A stretch of 64,000 nucleotides of DNA. Source: Eubacteriales bacterium. Its GTDB lineage: Bacteria; Bacillota; Clostridia; Oscillospirales; CAG-272. A model generated the notes under the pieces. It searched no databases. It was not told where the DNA came from and worked only from the letters and a program-made list of their open reading frames with translations. The stretch spans positions 9,766-73,765 of the forward strand of contig JAZKYZ010000023.1 in assembly GCA_045612385.1 (NCBI GenBank), read 5' to 3'. Position numbers and translations under genes: made by a program. Shown piece after piece: positions 47,034 to 55,577 of this stretch (positions are counted from its first letter, which is position 1; each line of letters opens with the position of its first letter).

Positions 47034-50000
47034 TTTAAAGAAAATTCTGATTATCGGCTCTGGTCCTATTATTATTGGACAGGCGGCAGAATTTGACTAT
47101 GCTGGTACACAGGCGTGCCTTGCCCTTAAGGAAGAAGGCTACGAGGTTGTCCTCGTTAACTCCAACCCTGCGACCATTATGACCGATACGAGCATTGCGG
47201 ATAAGGTTTATATGGAGCCCTTGACGCTTGAATATGTAGCGAAGATTCTTCGTTATGAGCGTCCCGATGCGATTGTTCCTGGCATTGGTGGACAGACGGG
47301 TCTGAACCTCGCAATGCAACTTGAGAAAAAGGGCATTTTAAAGGAATGCCACACCGAGCTTCTTGGTACGTCGAGCGAGTCGATTGAGAGAGCAGAGGAC
47401 CGTGAACTTTTCAAGGAGCTTTGCATTTCGATTGGCGAGCCTACCATTCCCTCCGAAATCACATACAATCTTGAAGAGGCAAAAGCAGCCGCAGAGCGCA
47501 TTGGTTATCCTGTGGTTCTTCGTCCTGCCTTTACGCTTGGTGGTACAGGTGGTGGCTTCGCTTCCAATGAGGAGGAACTTGTCAAAATCGGTACCAACGG
47601 CTTTGCGCTTTCTCCTGTGCATCAGGTGTTGATTGAAAAGAGCGTGAAGGGCTACAAGGAAATCGAGTTTGAGGTAATGCGTGACAGAAATGATAACGCC
47701 ATCACCATCTGTGGTATGGAAAATATTGACCCTGTCGGCGTGCATACTGGCGACTCTATCGTTGTCGCTCCCATTCTCTCTCTCTCCGAGCACGACCTTC
47801 GTATGCTCAATGATAGTGCGATTAAAATTATTCGTGAACTGAAAATTGAGGGTGGTTGTAACGTGCAGTTTGCTCTCAATCCTGAAACGTCCGAATATTT
47901 CCTGATTGAGGTAAACCCCCGTGTATCCCGTTCTTCTGCCCTTGCCTCTAAAGCAAGTGGTTACCCAATCGCACGTGTGACGGCTAAGGTTGCCGTCGGT
48001 ATGACACTGGATGAAATCGAGGTCGCAGGTACGACAGCGATTCACGAGCCTCGTCTTGACTATATCGTAGCGAAATTCCCTCGCTTCCCCTTCGATAAAT
48101 TCACCTCTGCATCTAACCTTCTCGGCACGCAGATGAAAGCAACAGGTGAGGTAATGGCAATCGGAACGACCCTGACCGAAGCATTGCTTAAGTCGGTGCG
48201 CTCTCTTGAAATCGGAGCAATGCATTTCCATCTTCCGAAGTTCGATTCTTATACCGACGAGGAACTTCGTACCTACCTTTCTGATATGCACTATGACAGC
48301 TCCTTTGCTGTAATGGAGTTGCTTCGTCGTGGCGAGAGCATAGAGAGCCTTCACGAGATCACAAAAATCACCGAGTTGTTCCTCGAAGCCTTCCGTTCCA
48401 TCGTAGAAATGGAAGAGATACTCAAGGAAAAGAAAAACGATATAAAGGCACTCAAGGCAGCAAAGATGATTGGCTTCTGTGACGCCTATATTGCCAAACT
48501 TTGGGGCGTTTCGGAAATGGATATCTACAATATGCGTCACAAAGAGAATATTCGTCCTGTGTTCCGTATGGTTGATACGCTCCACAGTGGTGCGTATATC
48601 CCCTATTTCTATTCCTCCTACTACGGCGAAAATCAGTCTATTGTCACCGATAAAAAGAAGGTCATCACGCTTGGCGCCGGCCCCATTCGTATCGGACAGG
48701 GCGTTGAGTTCGATTATTCCACCGTTCACGCTGTTTCCACCATCAAGCGTTCGGGCTACGAAGCGATTATCATTAACAATAACCCGGAAACGGTTTCCAC
48801 CGATTATACCACCTCCGATAAACTTTACTTTGAGCCTCTTACCCCTGAGGATGTGATGAACATTCTTGAATTTGAGGGAGCAAATGAGGTAATCGCCTCG
48901 CTCGGTGGACAGACGGCAATCAACCTTGCCGACCCCCTGATGCGTCGTGGCGTTTCCATTATCGGTACCGATTGCGCTGCGATTGACAGAGCAGAGAACC
49001 GTGACCTCTTTGAAAAGGTCTTACGTGAACTTAATATTCCTCAGCCCGAAGGCAGAGCCGTCACCAAAATTGAGGATGGTGTTGCTGCTGCGGCAAAAAT
49101 CGGTTATCCCGTTCTTGTTCGTCCCTCGTTCGTGCTGGGTGGCAGAGCAATGCAGATTGTATCCAACGAAGAGCAACTTCGCCACTACCTTAAGACAGCG
49201 GTAGAAATCGACGAGGACAAGCCTGTCTTGGTCGACAAGTATATTACGGGTAAAGAGGTTGAGGTCGACGCTATCTGCGACGGACGCGACGTCTTTGTTC
49301 CAGGCATTATGGAACTTGTTGAGCGTACGGGTATTCACTCTGGCGACTCCATCAGCGTTTACCCCACCTTCTCCATCTCCAATAAGGTGAAAGGCACCAT
49401 CCTCCAGTATGCGAAGAAACTCGGTCTTGGCATTGGCATTGTCGGTCTTTATAACATTCAGTTTATCGTCGACAAGAATGAAAATGTATATATAATCGAG
49501 GTCAATCCTCGTTCTTCAAGAACCGTCCCCTTCCTCTCTAAAGCGACTGGCTATTCTCTTGCCGATATCGCAACGGAAGTCATTTTGGGTAAAACACTCA
49601 AGGAGCAGGGAATTTTCGATATTTATCCCGAAGAAAAGAAGAGATGGTATGTCAAGGTTCCTGTTTTCTCCTTCAATAAAATCACAGGACTCGATGCCTA
49701 CCTCTCCCCTGAAATGAAATCGACTGGCGAAGCCATTGGCTATGACGATAAACTCAATCGCGCACTCTACAAAGCCCTTCAGGCGTCGGGTATGCGACTT
49801 CAGAATTACGGAACCGTTTTTGCGACGATTGCAAGAGGGGATAAGGAGGAGGCGCTTCCTCTCATTCGCCGTTTCTATAATCTCGGATTCAATATTGAAG
49901 CGACAGAGGGTACGGCGAAATTCCTAAAGGAAAACGGCATTCGCACGCATATTCTTCGTAAGATTTCCGACGGTTCCAACGAAATTCTCGATTCCATCCG

Positions 50001-50190
50001 TCAAGGACATATTGCTTATGTCATTAACACTTCGGGCGTTGGCTCGACCTCCTCGTCCTCAGATGGTTATAAGATTCGTAAGCAGGCGACCGAAAGCAAT
50101 GTCACCATCTTCACCTCTCTGGATACCGTAAGGGTTCTTCTGGACGTCCTTGAGGAAACTACCCTTTGTATCTCCACAATTGATGCGTGA
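47017..50190 (+). CDS. carB: Carbamoyl-phosphate synthase large subunit
   Basis: 1057 aa with two ATP-grasp halves (ILIIGSGPIIIGQAAEFDYAG and VITLGAGPIRIGQGVEFDY) and a C-terminal MGS-like domain. Confidence 0.95.
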   Translation: MAKRSDLKKILIIGSGPIIIGQAAEFDYAGTQACLALKEEGYEVVLVNSNPATIMTDTSIADKVYMEPLTLEYVAKILRYERPDAIVPGIGGQTGLNLAMQLEKKGILKECHTELLGTSSESIERAEDRELFKELCISIGEPTIPSEITYNLEEAKAAAERIGYPVVLRPAFTLGGTGGGFASNEEELVKIGTNGFALSPVHQVLIEKSVKGYKEIEFEVMRDRNDNAITICGMENIDPVGVHTGDSIVVAPILSLSEHDLRMLNDSAIKIIRELKIEGGCNVQFALNPETSEYFLIEVNPRVSRSSALASKASGYPIARVTAKVAVGMTLDEIEVAGTTAIHEPRLDYIVAKFPRFPFDKFTSASNLLGTQMKATGEVMAIGTTLTEALLKSVRSLEIGAMHFHLPKFDSYTDEELRTYLSDMHYDSSFAVMELLRRGESIESLHEITKITELFLEAFRSIVEMEEILKEKKNDIKALKAAKMIGFCDAYIAKLWGVSEMDIYNMRHKENIRPVFRMVDTLHSGAYIPYFYSSYYGENQSIVTDKKKVITLGAGPIRIGQGVEFDYSTVHAVSTIKRSGYEAIIINNNPETVSTDYTTSDKLYFEPLTPEDVMNILEFEGANEVIASLGGQTAINLADPLMRRGVSIIGTDCAAIDRAENRDLFEKVLRELNIPQPEGRAVTKIEDGVAAAAKIGYPVLVRPSFVLGGRAMQIVSNEEQLRHYLKTAVEIDEDKPVLVDKYITGKEVEVDAICDGRDVFVPGIMELVERTGIHSGDSISVYPTFSISNKVKGTILQYAKKLGLGIGIVGLYNIQFIVDKNENVYIIEVNPRSSRTVPFLSKATGYSLADIATEVILGKTLKEQGIFDIYPEEKKRWYVKVPVFSFNKITGLDAYLSPEMKSTGEAIGYDDKLNRALYKALQASGMRLQNYGTVFATIARGDKEEALPLIRRFYNLGFNIEATEGTAKFLKENGIRTHILRKISDGSNEILDSIRQGHIAYVINTSGVGSTSSSSDGYKIRKQATESNVTIFTSLDTVRVLLDVLEETTLCISTIDA

Positions 50191-50198
50191 GGTGAAAG

Positions 50199-50945
50199 AT
50201 GAAACAAAGTTATTTCAAGATCATTGAAAATATCCCCCTGACGAAAACGGTATATCGTATGCGCCTTGTCGGAGATACCTCTGATATCAGCGCATCCGGT
50301 CAGTTCGTCAACATAAAACTTGACGGTTTTTTCCTTCGCCGACCAATCTCGGTCTGTGATGTTGAGGGTGACACCCTCACCCTTGTATATAAAGTGGTCG
50401 GTAAGGGAACAGAAGCAATGTCAAAAATGAAAGAAGGTACGCTGGATGTCCTGACGGGACTTGGCAATGGCTATGACCTGTCAAAATCTGGGGATGCCCC
50501 CGTTCTTGTCGGTGGTGGCGTCGGCGTTCCTCCTCTCTACCTTCTCTGCAAAAGACTTCTTGCTGAAGGAAAGAAACCGAGCGTCATTCTCGGTTTCAAT
50601 AACAGAGAAGAAATTTTCTACGAAAAAGAATTTCTTGCGCTCGGTGTTGAGGTGTCTGTCGCTACGGTAGACGGCTCTTATGGTACGCGTGGCTTTGTCA
50701 CCGATTGCCTTTCGCTCCCTGCGTATAAAAATGCGACCTATTTCTACACCTGTGGTCCCGAGCCAATGCTCAAGGCGCTTTGTAAAGCAACTGACATCAG
50801 TGGCCAGCTTAGCTTTGAAGAGCGTATGGGCTGTGGCTTTGGCGCCTGTATGGGTTGCTCCTGCCAAACCTTGACAGGAAACAAACGCATCTGTAAGGAA
50901 GGTCCCGTGCTGGAAAAGGAGGAACTCTTATGGAACGCAAATTGA
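50199..50945 (+). CDS. pyrK: Dihydroorotate dehydrogenase B electron-transfer subunit
   Basis: FAD/NAD-binding fold and a C-terminal 2Fe-2S motif CGFGACMGCSC. Confidence 0.9.
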   Translation: MKQSYFKIIENIPLTKTVYRMRLVGDTSDISASGQFVNIKLDGFFLRRPISVCDVEGDTLTLVYKVVGKGTEAMSKMKEGTLDVLTGLGNGYDLSKSGDAPVLVGGGVGVPPLYLLCKRLLAEGKKPSVILGFNNREEIFYEKEFLALGVEVSVATVDGSYGTRGFVTDCLSLPAYKNATYFYTCGPEPMLKALCKATDISGQLSFEERMGCGFGACMGCSCQTLTGNKRICKEGPVLEKEELLWNAN

Positions 50946-51841
50946 ATGTAACGCTCTGTGGCGTACCAATGGATAACCCCATCATTCCTGCAAGTGGCAC
51001 CTTTGGTTACGGCTACGAATTTGCAGAACTTTATGACATTAACATTCTCGGTACCTTTTCCTTTAAGGGTACAACAAAGGAGCCTCGTTTCGGCAATCCT
51101 ACACCACGTATTGCCGAGTGTGCTTCGGGAATGATTAACGCCGTTGGACTTCAGAATCCTGGCGTGGAGCAGGTCATCGCGCACGAGCTTCCCTTGATGC
51201 GAAAGGTATTTCACAAAAAGGTTATGGCGAATGTGTCTGGCTTTTCGGTAGAGGAATATGTTTACACGGTGAAAAAACTGAACGAATGCCCCGAAATTGG
51301 TTGGTTTGAGGTCAACGTGTCCTGCCCCAACGTTCACGGTGGCGGAATGAGCTTTGGCACCAGCCCTGAGGCGGCTGCTCAGGTTTGTCGTGCAGTAAAA
51401 GAGGTCACCGACAAGCCCGTCATTATGAAACTCTCGCCCAATGTCACCGACATTGTTGCCATTGCGAAAGCCTGCGAGGAAGCAGGCGCCGATGGTATTG
51501 CCCTGATTAACACCCTTCTTGGTATGCGTATCGACCTCGCTCGTCGACGCCCCGTTATTGCGAATAAAATGGGTGGCTTCTCTGGCAGAGCCATTTTCCC
51601 CGTTGCCGTCCGAATGGTCTATCAGGTAGCGCACGCAGTTTCCATTCCTGTTGTCGGTATGGGTGGCGTAGCCACAGCAGAGGACGTGATCGAGATGATG
51701 ATGGCAGGCGCAACAGCCGTCGAGGTCGGCGCAGAAAACCTCGTCAACCCCTATGCGTGCCGAGACATTATCGAGGATTTGCCTCGCGTGATGGAAAAAT
51801 ACGGCATTGAAAATCTTTCGGATATCATTGGGGTTGTATAG
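50930..51841 (+). CDS. pyrD: Dihydroorotate dehydrogenase B catalytic subunit
   Basis: NPIIPASGTFGYG, NVSCPNV and GGVATAEDV motifs. Overlaps the pyrK end. Confidence 0.9.
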   Translation: MERKLNVTLCGVPMDNPIIPASGTFGYGYEFAELYDINILGTFSFKGTTKEPRFGNPTPRIAECASGMINAVGLQNPGVEQVIAHELPLMRKVFHKKVMANVSGFSVEEYVYTVKKLNECPEIGWFEVNVSCPNVHGGGMSFGTSPEAAAQVCRAVKEVTDKPVIMKLSPNVTDIVAIAKACEEAGADGIALINTLLGMRIDLARRRPVIANKMGGFSGRAIFPVAVRMVYQVAHAVSIPVVGMGGVATAEDVIEMMMAGATAVEVGAENLVNPYACRDIIEDLPRVMEKYGIENLSDIIGVV

Positions 51842-51875
51842 GAAAACAGGAAAATAATAGTTAGGAGATATAATA

Positions 51876-52574
51876 ATGGGAAAAGACGTAATCATTGCCT
51901 GTGATTTTGACAGCGCAGAAAAAACCTTCCGTTTTCTTGACCAGTTCACTGGCAAGAAACCCTTTGTAAAAATCGGTATGGAACTCTACTATGCCGAAGG
52001 TCCGGAGATTGTTCGTGAAATCAAAAGACGTGGTCATAAAATCTTCCTTGACCTCAAACTTCACGATATTCCCAATACTGTAAAAAAGGCGATGGCAGTC
52101 CTCTCTCGTCTGGATGTCGATATGACAAACCTTCACGCATCAGGTACCATTCCTATGATGAAGGCTGCGATCGAAGGACTCACTCGCCCCGATGGTACTC
52201 GTCCCATCCTCATTGCGGTAACGCAGTTGACATCAACGGACGAGGATACAATGCGTCACGATCTTTTGATTGAGCACCCGATTGCTGATGTTGTTATGCA
52301 CTACGCGCAGTGCGCGAAAGAAGCAGGACTTGACGGCGTTGTCTGCTCGCCGAAAGAAGCGCAGGTGGTCCACTCCTCCTGTGGGGAATCCTTCATTACT
52401 GTAACACCTGGCGTTCGTTTTGCTGACGGTGACGTGGGAGACCAAAAGAGAGTTATGACGCCCGCTGAGGCAAAGAGAATTGGCTCCGACTACATTGTTG
52501 TCGGCCGTCCGATCACTGCTGCCGAAGATCCTGTGGCTGCATACGAGCGTTGCGTTCGTGAATTTGTTGATTGA
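51876..52574 (+). CDS. pyrF: Orotidine 5'-phosphate decarboxylase
   Basis: IIACDF..., [12 protein letters not shown] and VVGRPIT motifs. Confidence 0.9.
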   Translation: MGKDVIIACDFDSAEKTFRFLDQFTGKKPFVKIGMELYYAEGPEIVREIKRRGHKIFLDLKLHDIPNTVKKAMAVLSRLDVDMTNLHASGTIPMMKAAIEGLTRPDGTRPILIAVTQLTSTDEDTMRHDLLIEHPIADVVMHYAQCAKEAGLDGVVCSPKEAQVVHSSCGESFITVTPGVRFADGDVGDQKRVMTPAEAKRIGSDYIVVGRPITAAEDPVAAYERCVREFVD

Positions 52575-52599
52575 TTTGATAAAAAGAAAGGATACGATT

Positions 52600-53232
52600 A
52601 TGGAAAAGAAAATTGCAAGAGATCTGCTCTCCATTCAGGCGGTATTCTTCCGTCCCGAAGAGCCTTTTACTTGGGCAAGTGGCATCAAAAGCCCCGTTTA
52701 CTGTGATAACCGTTTGACACTCACTGCACCCGAAGTGCGTATAGATGTCGAAGAGGGACTTGCTGAGGTTGTTCGCACCCATTATCCTGATTGTGAAGTC
52801 TTGATGGGTACCTCTACTGCTGGCATTGCGCACGCAGCAATTACTGCGCATATTCTCGGTCTGCCTATGGGCTATGTTCGTTCTGGCTCTAAGGATCACG
52901 GCAGACAAAATCAAATTGAAGGAAAACTTCTTCCTGGTCAGAAGGTTGTTGTTATCGAGGATTTGATTTCTACCGGTGGTAGCGTTATCGAGGTAGTCAA
53001 TGTCCTTCGAGAAGCAGGAGCTGAGGTGCTCGGTATCGCTTCTATCTTCACTTATGGTATGAAAAAGGGACTCGTTCGTCTTGCAGAAGCCAATGTGAAA
53101 AATGTTTCCCTCACCAACTTTGACACCATTGCAGAGTGTGCTGCTGAGGAAGGCTACATTAAGCCTGAGGACATTGCTCGCTTGATTGCCTTCCGTAACA
53201 ATCCTTCTGACGAATCTTGGATTAAGGCATAA
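52600..53232 (+). CDS. pyrE: Orotate phosphoribosyltransferase
   Basis: [16 protein letters not shown] and the PRPP motif [13 protein letters not shown]. The start at 52600 follows the pyrF stop. Confidence 0.9.
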   Translation: MEKKIARDLLSIQAVFFRPEEPFTWASGIKSPVYCDNRLTLTAPEVRIDVEEGLAEVVRTHYPDCEVLMGTSTAGIAHAAITAHILGLPMGYVRSGSKDHGRQNQIEGKLLPGQKVVVIEDLISTGGSVIEVVNVLREAGAEVLGIASIFTYGMKKGLVRLAEANVKNVSLTNFDTIAECAAEEGYIKPEDIARLIAFRNNPSDESWIKA

Positions 53233-53234
53233 AA

Positions 53235-54305
53235 ATGAGAAGTTTAATTGACATTATTGACCTTAGTGTCGAAGAAATTGAGGAACTTTGTCGCTGTGCG
53301 TGCGACATTATTGCCCATCCGGAAAAGTATCGTGAAGCGTGTAAATATAAAACGCTCGCCACCCTTTTCTTTGAGCCATCTACGAGAACGCGTCTTTCCT
53401 TTGAGAGCGCAATGCTCGGACTTGGTGGCAGTGTGCTCGGCTTTTCGGAAGCATCTTCCTCTTCTGCGAGCAAGGGCGAGAGCGTTGCCGATACGACAAA
53501 AATTGTAAGTGGCTATGCCGATATTATCGCTATGCGCCACCCTCGCGAGGGCGCTGCCCTTGTCGGCGCCAAAAGCGCGCTTGTTCCCCTGATTAACGCA
53601 GGAGATGGCGCTCACGCGCATCCGACGCAGACTCTCACCGACCTTCTTACCCTCTATCGCGAGAAGGGAAGATTTGACAATCTTACCGTTGCCTTCTGTG
53701 GCGACCTCAAATACGGAAGAACGGTGCATTCCTTTATCGCTGCGCTCTCACGCTATGAGAATATTCGCATCATTCTGGTCTCCCCCGAAGAGCTTGCGAT
53801 TCCTGATTATATCAAGGAAGAATATCTCTCAAAGATGTCATATGAGGAAGTACGTGATTTGGAGGACGCTCTCCCACACGCAGATGTGCTTTATATGACG
53901 AGAATCCAGCGTGAGCGCTTCTCCGATCCCGATGAGTATGAAAGACTGAAAAATTCCTATTGTCTTACTGCCGAGAAGATGACGAGAGCGAAGGAGACAA
54001 TGTCTGTCCTTCATCCCCTCCCCCGTGTCAATGAGATTGCCGTTGCTGTGGATGACGACCCTCGTGCCGCCTATTTCCGTCAGGCATATAACGGTAAATA
54101 TATCCGTATGGCGCTCATCTTGAAATTGTTGCGTGAGAATGACGGCGAAAGATATGCGCTTGACACCTCGAAACTTCAAATAAGTGATTCGCCCTGCCAA
54201 AACGAGAAATGCATCTCGCACGTAGAGCAGGAGCTTCCCCAATATTTCACTCGCGATAGTCACGGAAATGTCCGTTGCCTTTGGTGCGAGTCCGTAGTCC
54301 TCTGA
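53235..54305 (+). CDS. pyrB: Aspartate carbamoyltransferase catalytic chain fused to a PyrI-type zinc domain
   Basis: Catalytic motifs [17 protein letters not shown] and HPLPR. The last ~50 aa are [14 protein letters not shown]...VRCLWCE, i.e. the CX4C...CX2C zinc domain of the regulatory chain. Confidence 0.85.
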   Translation: MRSLIDIIDLSVEEIEELCRCACDIIAHPEKYREACKYKTLATLFFEPSTRTRLSFESAMLGLGGSVLGFSEASSSSASKGESVADTTKIVSGYADIIAMRHPREGAALVGAKSALVPLINAGDGAHAHPTQTLTDLLTLYREKGRFDNLTVAFCGDLKYGRTVHSFIAALSRYENIRIILVSPEELAIPDYIKEEYLSKMSYEEVRDLEDALPHADVLYMTRIQRERFSDPDEYERLKNSYCLTAEKMTRAKETMSVLHPLPRVNEIAVAVDDDPRAAYFRQAYNGKYIRMALILKLLRENDGERYALDTSKLQISDSPCQNEKCISHVEQELPQYFTRDSHGNVRCLWCESVVL

Positions 54306-54333
54306 TAATTGTTCGACTACAAAGGAGAGAAAA

Positions 54334-55335
54334 ATGAACATTCAAAAACGCCCAGAATCGCTTGCTCGCATCACTACCTTTGAGCAGGCAAATGCTTTTA
54401 TTACCGAACAAGTGGATGCCATTCGCGCCCAAGTAGGAGAGGATAAAGTCCTTCTCGCTCTGTCGGGTGGTGTCGACTCCTCTGTTGTTGCCGCCCTTCT
54501 TGTCAAGGCGATTGGCAAACAGCTTATCTGCGTTCACGTCAATCACGGCCTGATGCGTAAAAATGAGTCCGAAGACGTGATCGAAGTATTCCAAAACCAA
54601 CTGGATGCTAACCTCGTTTATGTGGATGCGACCGACCGTTTCCTTGATTTGCTCGCCGGCGTTGCCGATCCTGAGCGTAAAAGAAAAATTATCGGCGCTG
54701 AATTTATCAATGTATTCGCTGACGAGGCGCGCAAACTGGAGGGTGTCAAATTCCTTGCGCAAGGCACCATCTATCCTGACATTCTTGAGTCCATTAAGCA
54801 GGCAGAGGGAAAGAAGGCAGTGAAGTCTCACCATAATGTCGGTGGACTTCCCGACGACCTTCAGTTTGAACTCTGCGAGCCACTGAAATTCCTCTATAAA
54901 GATGAGGTTCGTGTGGTTGGAGAGGCGCTTGGCCTCCCTCACGCTATGGTTTATCGTCAGCCCTTCCCGGGTCCAGGTCTCGGTGTTCGCTGTCTTGGCG
55001 CTATTACACGTGACCGTCTCCACGCCCTGCGTGAAGCAGATGCCATTCTTCGTGAGGAATTCGATAAGGCTGGCCTCGCTGGCAAGGTCTGGCAATACTT
55101 TGTCGCTATTCCCGATATGAAATCGGTCGGTGTCAAGGACGATAGCCGTTACGAAGGTTGGCCAGCGATTATCCGTGCGGTCAATACGACGGATGCGATG
55201 TCTGCTACCATCGAGGAAATCCCTTACGCCATCCTCCACCGTATCACCTCTCGTATCACCTCTGAAGTCGAAGGCATTAACCGTGTCCTCTACGACCTCA
55301 CTCCCAAGCCAACCGGCACCATTGAGTGGGAATAA
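54334..55335 (+). CDS. guaA: GMP synthase ATP-pyrophosphatase plus dimerisation domains only (no glutaminase domain)
   Basis: P-loop LALSGGVDSSV about 40 aa from the N-terminus. C-terminal KPTGTIEWE. At 333 aa it is well short of the ~515 aa bifunctional enzyme. Confidence 0.85.
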   Translation: MNIQKRPESLARITTFEQANAFITEQVDAIRAQVGEDKVLLALSGGVDSSVVAALLVKAIGKQLICVHVNHGLMRKNESEDVIEVFQNQLDANLVYVDATDRFLDLLAGVADPERKRKIIGAEFINVFADEARKLEGVKFLAQGTIYPDILESIKQAEGKKAVKSHHNVGGLPDDLQFELCEPLKFLYKDEVRVVGEALGLPHAMVYRQPFPGPGLGVRCLGAITRDRLHALREADAILREEFDKAGLAGKVWQYFVAIPDMKSVGVKDDSRYEGWPAIIRAVNTTDAMSATIEEIPYAILHRITSRITSEVEGINRVLYDLTPKPTGTIEWE

Positions 55336-55345
55336 TCATATAAGG

Positions 55346-55385
55346 CAAAAAGTGGCTTGGACTATTTATTCCAGGTCACTTTTTG
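55346..55385 (+). terminator. Terminator after guaA
   Basis: agtggcttgg / ccaggtcact 10-bp stem (two G-U pairs) followed by TTTT. Confidence 0.5.
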
Positions 55386-55577
55386 CAAGGCATTCTGTTG
55401 AGTAACTTCAGTGTTGGTGTGGGTATGATTTCTGGGTGTGTAAACGTATATGGTCCCACCTTGTATCGCTGTTCGGATGGTTCAATCTCCCTGTTTCTTA
55501 AGCGCTATACACATCTTGTGTAGGGGAACGTAACGGATTGGGCGCAAAGATTTTAATTTCAGAAAGGAATCTTTAGT

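Noticed and set aside
47338-48729. Long minus-strand ORFs antisense to carB (463 aa), purL (40503-41714, 403 aa), pyrK/pyrD (50744-51955, 403 aa) and guaA (54247-55239, 330 aa).
   Set aside because: The explanation is the same as above. Each begins or ends where the sense gene uses a rare TTA/CTA/TCA codon (for example the TTA in carB at about 47335). The sense-strand products carry unambiguous enzyme motifs. The antisense products carry none.
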